Assembly: GCA_963705085.1 (NCBI GenBank)
Contig: CAVPIV010000004.1
Coordinates: 181,028 to 245,027, forward strand
Length of the DNA stretch: 64,000 nt
DNA from: an uncultured Thermoleophilia bacterium
Lineage (GTDB): Bacteria; Actinomycetota; Thermoleophilia; UBA2241
Reading direction: 5' to 3'
Shown here in pieces: positions 18,188-28,300 of this stretch (its first letter is position 1; each line of letters begins with the position of its first letter). The notes beneath the pieces are model-generated. The model searched no databases, was not told where the DNA came from, and worked only from the letters and a program-made list of their open reading frames with translations. A program made the position numbers and the translations under genes.

Positions 18188-20894
18188 ATGTCCACGCCGA
18201 TTCTCGCCACCAAGCTCGCGATCCCGCCGTCTCGGCCGAGCGTGGTGGTTCGCCCGAGGCTGATCGACCGGCTGGATGAGGGCGTGCGGGGCCGGCTGAC
18301 TCTTGTCTCTGCCCCGGCCGGCTTCGGGAAGACCACGATTATCAGCGAGTGGGCCGCCGGTCTAAGACGTGTTCAACCGGAGGTCCGTCCTGCCTGGCTT
18401 TCCCTCGACGAAGGGGACAGCGATCCGGCGCGTTTCCTGGCCTCCCTCGTCGCCGCTCTGCGGACGGTGGCGGCGGATGTTGGGGAAGGGGTGGTGGACA
18501 TGCTCCAGTCTCCCCAGCCGCCACCGATCGAAGCGCTGCTGACGGCTCTGCTCAACGAGATCGCGACGCTCTCGCACGATGTCGTCCTCGTCCTCGACGA
18601 CTACCATGTCGTCGACTCAGAGCCGGTGGACCAGGCTCTGGCGTTTCTGCTGGAGCATCTGCCGCCACAGATGCACCTGGTCATCGCCACGCGGGAGGAT
18701 CCACATCTGCCTCTGGCCAGGTGGCGCGCTCGGGGCCAGCTGACCGAGTTGCGTGCGGCCGACCTGCGGTTCACCCCCGCCGAGGCCGCCGAGTTCCTCA
18801 GCCGGGTGATGAGCCTCGACCTCTCGGCGAACGACATCATCGCCCTCGAGGCCCGCACCGAAGGGTGGATCGCCGGACTGCAAGTGGCGGCGCTCTCCCT
18901 TCGGGGGCGATCAGACGCGGCCAGCTTCATTCAAGGCTTCACCGGCAGCCACCGTTTCGTGCTGGACTACCTGGTCGAGGAGGTGCTCGAGCGACAGCCG
19001 GCACGCACGCGGAGCTTCCTGCTGCAGACCGCCATGCTCGACAAGTTGTGCGGCTCTCTGTGCGATGCCGTCACCGGGCAAGAGCACAGCAAAGGGATGC
19101 TCGAGCGCTTGGAGCGCGACAACCTGTTCGTTGTTCCGCTCGATGATGGGCGTCAGTGGTATCGCTATCACCACCTCTTCGCCGATGTTCTGCAAGCGTA
19201 CTTACTCGAGGAGCAGCCTGATCAGCTGCCCGCTCTGCACCGGAGGGCGAGCGAGTGGTACGAGGAGAACGGTTCGCGACCGGACGCGATCCGTCACGCT
19301 TTGTGCGCCATGGACTTCGGGTGGGCGGCAGACCTGATCGAGTTGGCGTGGCCTCTGGTGGAGGAGAGCGGCTCCCAGACCGCCACGTGGCTCAACTGGG
19401 CGGGGGCGCTGCCGGACGAGCTGATCCGCGCCCGGCCTGTGCTCAGCGTTTCGTATGCCTACGCATTGTTGGGTAGAGGTGAGATCGAGGCTGCCGAGGC
19501 CCGGCTGACGGACGCCGAGCGCTGGCTTAAGACGCCCGACGAGGCGGACGGACAGTCAGCGTCCCAGGCGGTCGTCGTGGACGAAGAACAGCTTCGGTCC
19601 CTGCTGGCGACCATAGCTGTGGCCCGTGCCTACTATGCCCATTCTCTCGGTGATGTGCCCGGTACCGTGATGCACGCTCAGCGGGTACTCGAGCTCTTGC
19701 CCGAAGGAGAGCGTCTCAGGCGCGGACAGGCGACCGCGCTCATGGGGATGACGTACTGGGCAAGCGGCGACCTGGAAGCCGCCGACCGGGTTTTCGTCGA
19801 CTACAGCATGAGACTGCTCGCCGCCGGCAACATCCCCGACGCGATCAGCGCCGCATCTGTTCTGCCTGAGGTCAGGCCGGCGCTGGGTCGTCTTCGTGAT
19901 GCTTCGGACGCACTCATGCGGCTGCTGCAGGTCGTGGTGGACCAGGGCGAGCCTCTGCCTCCGGACACGGCCGATCTATATCGAGGGCTGGGTGAACTGG
20001 ACCTTGAACGGGGCGACCTGGCTGCTGCGACGGAACACCTGCTGAGAAGCAAGGAGATTGGCGAGCAAGGGGAGTTGCCGGTATGGAGGTGGCGCTGGTG
20101 TGTCGCCCAGGCTCGGCTCAACGAGGCGGAGGGCGACCTGGAGGGCGCTCTCAGCCTGCTGGACGAGGCTCAGCGCCTGTTCATCAGGACGCCCTTGCCG
20201 GACGTGCGCCCCATTCTAGCTCGGAAGGCGCGGATTCGGGCTGCCCAGGGCAGGGTGGCCGAAGCACTGCAGTGGGCGCACGCACGGGGCCTGTCCGTCG
20301 ACGACGATCTCAGCTACCTGCACGAGTTCGAACACCTCACGCTTGCGAGGGTGCTCATCGCCCGGTATGAGAGCGAGCGGGCGGCCGGCGCGGTTCACGA
20401 CGCCGTGCGACTGCTCGAGCGTCTCCTGCACGCGGCGGAAGCAGGCGGCAGGGGAGGAAGCGTGATCCAGATCCTGGCGTTGCTGGCGCGCGCTCACCAG
20501 GCGCAAGGCAACACAGCCGCGGCCCTTGCGCCGCTGGAGCGCGCCCTTCCCCTGGCCGAGGCGGAGGGCTACGTCCGGGTCTTTGTAGATGAGGGTCCGC
20601 CGATGGCCCGCCTTCTGCAGCTCGCCGCCTCCCGCGCCACGGCGCCGGACAGCGCGAGGCGGTTGTTGGCGGCCTTCCCGTCGGCCAGCGTCGAGCTCAT
20701 GAGCTGAACGCGAGCTCGGAGTGCTCCGGCTCGTCGCTGAGGGGCTCACAAACCAGGAGATCGCCGCCCGGCTGTATCTCTCGCCGTTCACGGTCAAGGC
20801 CCACACCCGCAGCATCTACACCAAGCTTGATGCCCACAGCCGGACGCAGGCTGTTGCCAAGGCGAGGGAACTGGGAGTCCTACCCCAGCACTGA
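18188..20894 (+). CDS. MalT-like STAND ATPase / TPR / LuxR regulator, +1 frameshift at ~20705 before the HTH
   Basis: LATKLAIP, SAPAGFGKTT, VLVLDDYH, TEGWIAGLQ and WYRYHHLF; LuxR HTH (ERELGVLRLVAEGLTNQEIAARLYLSPFTVKAH) follows an extra T that creates TGA. Confidence 0.88.
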
Positions 20895-20946
20895 TCTCGC
20901 GTCCCTTCGAGCTTCCGCACCCAGCCGCGGCCCGCGGCGAGTCTGC

Positions 20947-21030
20947 GATTAGTCCGCCGCGCGCGGGGCCCTGACGTGCCGCGCGGCGCTCAATAGGCCT
21001 ACGCCGATTAGTCCCACCGAATAGTCCGTT
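20947..21030 (+). promoter_or_regulatory. Repeated boxes (G/C)AWTAGKCC upstream of the small gene
   Basis: GATTAGTCC 20947, CAATAGGCC 20991, GATTAGTCC 21006 and GAATAGTCC 21019. Confidence 0.5.
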
Positions 21031-21113
21031 CGGACGATGACGGCGCCTCCGTTCGCCCCCATGCTTGTCGAGTAGGCGCCGCAGGCGTCTCAGGCGGACG
21101 GTGGAAGGGCAAC

Positions 21114-21350
21114 GTGGGCAGCTACCAGATCAGGATCGAGGGCCATCTTGGACCAGGGTGGGCCAACTGGTTTGAGGGGATGCGGATCACCCTGGAGGAC
21201 AACGGCGACACGCTCCTGACCGGCGCGGTAGTCGACCAGGCCGCGCTCCACGGGCTCCTGAAAAAGGTGCGCGATCTCGGCGTGCCGCTCGTCTCCGTCA
21301 CTCGCCTTGACCCCGGCCCGGCGCACCAACCGACGAACAAAGGAGATTGA
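21114..21350 (+). CDS. Conserved 78-aa protein associated with MalT-like regulators
   Basis: YQIRIEGHLG.W.WFEG...GDTLLTG.VVDQAALHGLL..VRDLGVPLVSV; paralog at 35133-35388. Confidence 0.8.
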   Translation: MGSYQIRIEGHLGPGWANWFEGMRITLEDNGDTLLTGAVVDQAALHGLLKKVRDLGVPLVSVTRLDPGPAHQPTNKGD

Positions 21351-21351
21351 G

Positions 21352-22077
21352 ATGTTCTCGTACAGAAGAACCGCGATCATCGTGGGTGTGCTGTTCATCA
21401 TCGGAGACATCGCAGGCGTGCTGAGCTACGTCGTGACAGGAGGTCTGCTGGATGGCCCGGATGCCCTTACCAAGATCGCCGCAAGCCAGAACCAACTCGT
21501 GCTGGGAGCGCTCCTCGTGCTGGTCATGGGCCTCGCGCTGGCGATGGTCCCGGTCGTGATGTTCCCGGTCTTCAAGAAGTACAACGAAGTCCTGGCGCTT
21601 GGATGTGTCGTCTTCAGGGGCGCGCTCGAGACCGTCGGCTACATGGCGTCTGCAGGCACGTGGCTGCTGCTCGTCGAGCTCAGCCGGGAGCATGCGGAGG
21701 CGGCGTCTGCCGGCGCTCCGCACTTCCAGACCCTCAGCGCGCTCCTCGCGGGTCCGACTGCCGCGTACCTCATCTCCATCGCCTTCAGCCTCGGCTCCCT
21801 GATGTTCTACTACCTCTTCTACCAGTCGAGACTCATCCCCCGATGGCTGTCGGTCTGGGGTCTTGCCGGCGCCGTCCTGTACCTGGCTGCACCGTTGCTG
21901 CAGATGTTCGGCCACGGTTTCGGGATCCTGATGGCGCCCCTGGCGGTGGCGGAGATCGTCCTGGCGGTATGGCTGATCGCCAAAGGGTTCAATCGGTCGG
22001 CACTGGCTGCCGGCGCCGGGAGCCAGGCGTCCGCCCGGCGCTGGCCGGAAGTCGCCTCAGCGGGTATCACGAGGTAG
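21352..22077 (+). CDS. DUF4386-family membrane protein
   Basis: RRTAIIVGVLF, YQSRLIPRWLSVWG and EIVLAVWLIAKGFN. Confidence 0.85.
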   Translation: MFSYRRTAIIVGVLFIIGDIAGVLSYVVTGGLLDGPDALTKIAASQNQLVLGALLVLVMGLALAMVPVVMFPVFKKYNEVLALGCVVFRGALETVGYMASAGTWLLLVELSREHAEAASAGAPHFQTLSALLAGPTAAYLISIAFSLGSLMFYYLFYQSRLIPRWLSVWGLAGAVLYLAAPLLQMFGHGFGILMAPLAVAEIVLAVWLIAKGFNRSALAAGAGSQASARRWPEVASAGITR

Positions 22078-22171
22078 TTGCTTCACGATCGACCAAGCGG
22101 TGTTCGCGCGAGTGCGCGAAGGCAAGATCTGTGTGCCTGCCGGCTGACATCCGCCGAGACCGCGGCGCATG

Positions 22172-22870
22172 TCAGCCCCCGAGTCCGTCCCTCGCGACGA
22201 TCGAGGACGGACTCAGCAGGCGCTGAAGGCCGTCGAGGATCAGGCCGAGGCCGAAGCCGAACGCGGCGGCGTCGTCCCAGGGCGCCGCCGCATACGCCGT
22301 CGCCACGCGCGCCAGGGCCGGGTAGGCCCCCTCAGGGATGGCGTCGAGGACGTCTTGCGCCTCTGCGGAGTTGTCCGCATCGTCACCCAACGTGAGGATG
22401 GACCGCTGGCGCTCGAAGCCGTAGATGTAGCTGTCGAGCACGAAGAACGCGTGTGCGGCGACTCCCGGGGAGAAGCCCGCCCGGAGCAGGGTGCCGAGGA
22501 CTCGATCCGCGTAGGACAGGCCGCTGGGACCGCTCCGCTCTCGGGAGTCGATGAGCCCGGCGGCCCATGGATGCCGCGCGAAGACCTCCCGTGCAGAAAC
22601 CGCCCGGAGCCGCATCGCTTCCTTCCAGTCGACGCCCTCGGAGGGGAGGTCGATCTCGGCTACGACGAGATCGGCCATGCCGACCAGCACGTCGTCCTTG
22701 CCGGCCACATGGTTGTAGAGTGACGCGGCCTCGACGCCGAGCCTTCGCGCGAGCTCGCGCATGGTGAGCGACTCGATGCCGCTCTCATCCGCGAGATCCA
22801 TGGCCGCACGCACCACGCGTGGCCGATTGAGTGTGTCGCGCGCGCCGCTTCTGCCTGCCGGAGCGTTCGT
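22172..22870 (-). CDS. TetR regulator (paralog of 16422-17090); apparent start codon is ACG
   Basis: LTMRELARRLGVEAASLYNHV and FGFGLGLILDGL; RBS AAGGAGG is followed by in-frame ACG at 22870. Confidence 0.8.
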   Translation of the reverse strand, partial: TNAPAGRSGARDTLNRPRVVRAAMDLADESGIESLTMRELARRLGVEAASLYNHVAGKDDVLVGMADLVVAEIDLPSEGVDWKEAMRLRAVSAREVFARHPWAAGLIDSRERSGPSGLSYADRVLGTLLRAGFSPGVAAHAFFVLDSYIYGFERQRSILTLGDDADNSAEAQDVLDAIPEGAYPALARVATAYAAAPWDDAAAFGFGLGLILDGLQRLLSPSSIVARDGLGG

Positions 22871-22918
22871 GGCGCCTCCTTGCCGCTGCCCTCGCTGTGG
22901 ACTGAACTACGATGCTCC

Positions 22919-22975
22919 TTGACATACTAACAGTGTTAGCCTACGCTGGGCAAGTCGTAAACTAACAGCGTTAGT
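22919..22975. promoter_or_regulatory. Promoter with two TetR operators CTAAC-N3-GTTAG
   Basis: TTGACA (22919-24), CTAACAGTGTTAG (22927-39) and ACTAACAGCGTTAGT (22961-75). Confidence 0.8.
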
Positions 22976-22997
22976 AACGGAGAGGAAGGGAGTACGC

Positions 22998-23423
22998 ATG
23001 GCTGCCATGGGCACCGAGACGAGGGCGCGCCTGTCGTGGATGTGGGTCTTCGTGATGCTGAACATGATCTACGCGGACATCCTCAGCTTCATGTACCCGG
23101 GGTACTTGCAGCAGATCCTGGAAGGACACGCCGAGCAGATCACGATCACTCCGGAGTTCTTGCTCGCCGCCGCGATCGCGACTGAGATCCCGATCGCGAT
23201 GGTGGTGCTCACCCAGGTGCTGCCGCAGCGTGTGGCTCGCTGGGCGAACGTGGCCGCCGGCGCGCTGACGATTGTCTACGTCATCGTCGGAAGGTCCGAG
23301 GCTCCCCACTACATCTTCATCATGGCTCTGGAGACGCTCGCCTGCATCGCCATTGTCTGGTCGGCATGGACATGGCGCGGAGCCGACGCGCGAGTACCGG
23401 CCCGCGATCTGGTAGCGGAGTAG
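22998..23423 (+). CDS. DUF6326-family membrane protein
   Basis: LSWMWVFVMLNMIYADILSFM and EIPIAMVVL. Confidence 0.75.
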   Translation: MAAMGTETRARLSWMWVFVMLNMIYADILSFMYPGYLQQILEGHAEQITITPEFLLAAAIATEIPIAMVVLTQVLPQRVARWANVAAGALTIVYVIVGRSEAPHYIFIMALETLACIAIVWSAWTWRGADARVPARDLVAE

Positions 23424-23654
23424 GCGCCGCGGCGCACCCGGCGGCTTCTGCGGCAACCCACGGGCATCGGCGGTCGTCCTGCACCGGCCGTGACTGTCTG
23501 TGCCGCGTGCGCGCCCGCGACGTCGCGGGCGCGCACGCGTAGGCAACCCTTGGGAGTCCGCCCACACACCTCGTGCCGGCGCTCGGTGGGGCTTTGCGGG
23601 GCGCGAGGCGCAGAGGACCCCGATTGACTCCCTCCGCTCGCCGTCTCGTCGCTA

Positions 23655-23718
23655 AGTAAAAGGTTCTTGACATCGTGTCGGCTTTGCTTTACTCTTGGCA
23701 TGTCAAACATACCTGACA
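23655..23718. promoter_or_regulatory. Putative XRE-regulator boxes and promoter
   Basis: GTAAA-N7-TGACA, TGTCG-N8-TTACT and TGTCA-N8-TGACA in an AT-richer patch containing TTGACA. Confidence 0.4.
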
Positions 23719-23734
23719 CCAAGGGGTGGTCGCC

Positions 23735-24184
23735 ATGCCGTTCGAAGAGAAGCTCACGTGGGTCAATCTGGTGGTCACGGCGCTGGTCGCGGGCGTGTAC
23801 TTCGTGCTCATGCTCGGCCAGGTGGTGGACGTGCCCGCGGCGGAGGTCGCCTACCAGAAGCCGATGCTCATCGCCGTCGGCGTCTCGGTACTGCTGACGA
23901 TTGTCGGCTCGATCCTGATGGGGATCGGGACGGGCATCTCGATGGAGCTGTCGGGCCGCTCCGCCGACGACATGGACCGCAAGGACGAGCGCGACAAGGA
24001 CATCAGCCGGCGCGGCGACGTCGCCGGGTTCTACATCGTCTCAGCGGGCGCGCTCGCGGTGATGGCGCTCACGATGCTCGAGTACGACTACTTCTGGATC
24101 GCCAACGCGCTGTACCTGTCCTTCGTCGTCGCCACCCTCGTCTCGGGGGCCGTGAAGCTCGTCGCCTATCGCAGGGGCTTCTAG
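23735..24184 (+). CDS. Membrane protein co-transcribed with XRE regulator
   Basis: Four TM segments; DRKDERDKDISRRG motif. Confidence 0.65.
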   Translation: MPFEEKLTWVNLVVTALVAGVYFVLMLGQVVDVPAAEVAYQKPMLIAVGVSVLLTIVGSILMGIGTGISMELSGRSADDMDRKDERDKDISRRGDVAGFYIVSAGALAVMALTMLEYDYFWIANALYLSFVVATLVSGAVKLVAYRRGF

Positions 24185-24186
24185 CC

Positions 24187-24414
24187 ATGGTCAAGCCGAC
24201 GAACGTGGCAAACAGCATCCGCGCGCTCAGGTTCGCGGCCGGCGAGATGACGCAGGCCGAACTCGCGGATCGGGTCGGCGTCACCCGGCAGACCATCATC
24301 GCCATTGAGCAGGGCCGCTACTCGCCGACGCTCGAGATGGCCTTCAAGATCGCGCGCGTATTCGGCGTGGGACTCGACGAGGTGTTCCAGTACCCGGAGG
24401 AGGAGCAATCATGA
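24187..24414 (+). CDS. XRE-family helix-turn-helix regulator
   Basis: MTQAELADRVGVTRQTIIAIEQGRYSPTLEMAFKIARVF. Confidence 0.92.
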   Translation: MVKPTNVANSIRALRFAAGEMTQAELADRVGVTRQTIIAIEQGRYSPTLEMAFKIARVFGVGLDEVFQYPEEEQS

Positions 24415-25235
24415 AGACGACAACCGCTCGAGCTGATCGCGGCCCGGCCGCGCAACCAACAGTCCTGATCCTCGGCGGCACTGGGCGCACCGGACGGCTC
24501 GTCGTAGAGCAGCTTCTGGGTCGCGGCGCCACCGTGCGCGCGATCGTGCGGTCGGCAGACCGGCTTCCGTCCGGGTGTGCCGACGACGCGAACCTGCAGG
24601 TCATCGAGGCCGACATCCTGTCGCTGAGCGACGACGAGCTCCGGCGCCACCTGCGCGGCTGTGACGCGGTCGTCTCGTGCCTCGGTCACCCGAACAACCT
24701 GAAGGGCGTTTTCGGGCCGCCGTACGACCTGGTGACGCCGGTAGCGCGGCGGCTGCACGCGGCGGCGCAGGCGCTCCACCCGGAGAGGCCGGTGAAGTTC
24801 GTGCTGATGAGCAGCGTCTCTGTCAATCACCCCGGCGGACTCGACCCTCGCCGTGGTCCGCTCGAGGGCGCCACGCTGGGGTTCCTGCGCGCGCTCGTGC
24901 CGCCGGCCCAGGACAACCAGCGCGCCGCGGACTTCCTCTGCCGCGAGGTCGGCGCCGCCTGCGGCGAGATGGAGTGGGTCGCCGTCCGGCCGGACTCATT
25001 GCTCGACGGCGACGTAGCCCAGATCACGCCGGGGTACGCCCTCCATAGGACCCTCGTCACCAGCCTGTTCAGACCAAACAGCACGAGCAGGGCCAATGTG
25101 GCGCGCTTCATGTGCGACCTGGCCTGCGACGCGCAGGCGTGGCAGCAGTGGAAGGGCGAGCTGCCCGTCATTGTCAACGACCGGGCGGCGTGCAGTCTCG
25201 GGAGCGGCGCGGCGGCCCGTCGTCGCGCCGCATAG
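24411..25235 (+). CDS. NAD(P)H-binding atypical SDR (NAD_binding_10-like)
   Basis: LILGGTGRTG Rossmann motif, DAVVSCLGH and WVAVRPDSL. Confidence 0.85.
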   Translation: MKTTTARADRGPAAQPTVLILGGTGRTGRLVVEQLLGRGATVRAIVRSADRLPSGCADDANLQVIEADILSLSDDELRRHLRGCDAVVSCLGHPNNLKGVFGPPYDLVTPVARRLHAAAQALHPERPVKFVLMSSVSVNHPGGLDPRRGPLEGATLGFLRALVPPAQDNQRAADFLCREVGAACGEMEWVAVRPDSLLDGDVAQITPGYALHRTLVTSLFRPNSTSRANVARFMCDLACDAQAWQQWKGELPVIVNDRAACSLGSGAAARRRAA

Positions 25236-25396
25236 CCTGTTCCCGCCGCACGGATCATCTGCAGCCACGGCGGGCCTGGCGTGAGATCCGCACGCCAGGC
25301 CCGCCGCCGAATTGCGTTTCGTCCGCCAGAACGACCGTGTTGACCGTCTAGCGCACGTTCCTGCTCTGAGTGGTCGCGCCGATCTTGCTCCCGGTC

Positions 25397-28300
25397 CTAG
25401 TTGCCTTTGATGATCCGGCAGGTGAAGTCGTAGGTTGCCGGGACGGAGTAGCTGGTCAGGTGCTCCATTCTGACCAAATACGTAGCCTGGGCTGTACCGA
25501 GCGGAACGGTGTAGTCGATGAGCCGATTCCGGTCTGGCCAGTCGGTCTCGTCGATCCAGGCGCCGTCTGCCTGGCGCAGCTCGAGCTGGGCGTAGTACAT
25601 GTTCGCGCCCCCGCTAAGCGCCATGATGATCCTGTCGCCTGGATCCAGCACGATGGTGAAGAGATCGGCAAGGTCCCCCGAGGCCAGAGTACCGGCGATG
25701 CGTGAGGACGGGAGGGTTTTGCCGGGCATGTCGGCCGGAACGTCGGTCGTCTCCGTCCACGACCCCTGAGTGGTGACGCGCTCCCATTCACTGGCCGCTC
25801 CGACGAAGGTGGAGCTCGCATCCGGGATGTACTCGGCGCGGAACTGGTACGAGCCTGGGCCGAGCACTCCGCCGTACCACGCCTCTCCTCTTCCCAGCCC
25901 CTGATCAGTCGTCACAAAGCTGAACGGCGAGGTCGCGGTCGCCGTGACGGCTCGCTCGGCGACCACCCAGCTGTGACCGTCCGGCATGAAGCCGGTCACC
26001 CGAATCGTGCCGGTGGGCACTACGCCGGCCGGCGCGTTCCACGTCATCGTGATCGTTGCGTGTACCCACGGGCCTGGCACGGTCGCGTCGACACCGCTGG
26101 AAAGCGTCGTGGTGATCACGAGTGGGAGAGAGGCGCTGGGCACCCACCCCGCATAGAGCGTGAGGGGCTGCGTCGCCATGGTGCCGAAGGTGTAGGGACT
26201 GGTAAGACCCTCATCGCTGTACCAGCCGGTGAAGACGTGGTCTGCCCACCTGACACGCGCGCCCTCGATGGCTGTCCCATGGGGAACCATGCTGACGATG
26301 TCCGCGTCTCCGTTCTGCGGTTTGAAGGTGAGCTTGTAGCTGTTGCGGGCGTAGTGGTACTCGACGACGGTGCTGCCGTCCTCCGCGATTGTCACGGTCT
26401 GCGGTTCGGGGCTTGCGAAGCCGGCGTAGGTGTTCACGGCCGGCGTGACGCTGGCTCCGGGCGCGGCGCGCAGCGTTTGCGTGGCGATCAGGTCGTAGGC
26501 TGAGCCATCCACCGTTTGCCGGTAGTGTCTGACACGGTAGAGGGGGTTCACGGTCCACTTGGCATAGAGCTGCAGGTCCGCGGCGGGCATCGTCGTCCCC
26601 GCGTAGGGCTGCCCGCTGAACGACTCACTGTCGTACCAGCCGGCGAAGGTGTGGTTGGTCCACGTGACGGCTGGAGCGTCGATGGCCGCCCCGTACGCGA
26701 CGGTGCTGACGACGTCCTCGTCTCCGTTCTGCGGCTTGAAGGTCAGCTTGTAGCTGTTGCGGGCGTAGTAGTACTCGACGAGGGTGCTGCCGTCGCCCGC
26801 GATCGTCACGGTCTGCGGCGCCGGACTCGTGAAGCCGGCGTAGCTGTTCACGGCCGGTGTTACGCTGGCTCCGGGCGTGCCGGCGAACGTCTGGATGGCG
26901 CCAAGGTCGTAGGCGGAGCCGTCTACGGTCTGCCGGTAGTGCTTGACCCGGTACTCAGGCGTCGCCGTCCACTTGGCATAGAGATGTACGTTCGCGGCCG
27001 GCATGGTGGTCGCGGCGTTGGGGTCGCCAGCGCACGCCTCGTTGTCGTACCAGCCGCCGAAGACCCAGCCCGTGTTCACGACCGCGGGGGCCGCCATGTC
27101 GCCTTCGTACAGAACGGTCTTGACGATAGCCGGATCTCCGTTCTGCGGCGAGAAGGTGAGCTGGTAACTGGTGCGTGCGTAGTAGTAGTCCACGACGGTG
27201 CTGCCGTCGCCCTTGATCGACATCGTGCGCGTCTGCGGCGCCGTGAAGCCCGTGTAGCTCTTCACCTCCGGCGTGACCTGCATGTCGGTCGTGCCGCTGC
27301 CCGGCTGGGTTTCCAGCAAGAGCGGATCATCGCCGTACGAGCCGGTCAGCGACTGCCTGTAGTGCCTGACGGTGTAGGCGGTGTTCGTGGTGGCCGTCCA
27401 CTTCGCGTACAGCTGGACGTTCCTCGCCGGCATGCTCGTCGCCGTGTAGGCGGCGCCGGTGTACTCGGCGTTCTCGTACCAGCCGCCGAAGCTGTAGCCG
27501 GCACGGGTCGGCGCGGGCAGCGTAACGCTGCTCGCGTACGCGCCGACGATGGGACTGACCAGACTCCCGTTCACGCTGTTGAAGCTGATCATGTAGCTGT
27601 CCGCCAGGTTGTCCCAGACGACATGATAGGTGCGGGAGGGGGCGACGGAGGTGAACGCGAGATTCCCGCCAAGCCACTTGACCGTCATGGTCCCTTCGGT
27701 GATCTCCTGGCCCACCGGCTTCTGGACGGTGATGACGCCGTTCGACTGCGTGAAGTTGCTGTTGCTGAACGTGATGTCGAACCTGCCGCTGCCGTACGTG
27801 TACGGCACGACGCTGATGTCGCCCTTCGTCAAGTCCATCTGCTTCATGCTGAAGACCGTGGAGGGCAACGTGTAGGTCGTCGTGTTTCCCTTCAAGTGAA
27901 TGTCGTCCGTGGCATCGGTGAGGACATAGGAGAAGTTGAAGATGTTCATTCTGTTCCCGGTATCCCACAGCGGGAACTCGTGGTTGTACAGCGTCGGGTT
28001 GAATTCGTACTTTCCCTTGGATGCTTGTGCGTAGAATCGCAAGTGCAGGTAGATGCCGATCTCCGTGTAGAGAGAGCCAGATGTTGTCGAGGTCGTCTGT
28101 GCGTTCTCGTGGAGCAAGTGGTAGTAGAAGTAGCCCCACAATCGAACGTATGGGCCGGTCTCGATGTCGATGCCGACACTGGCCATGTCGACGGTGAACA
28201 GGCCGAACTCAATGCGGAAGATGAGACCCGCTCGCACGCCCAAGGTTCCCATGACCCAGAACTCGACCTCGTACCTCTCGTCGACGAGCTCGATCTGGTC

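Noticed and set aside
20700-20710. Selenocysteine or stop read-through at the TGA codons in the STAND genes
   Set aside because: Homology resumes in a different frame, not in-frame after TGA.
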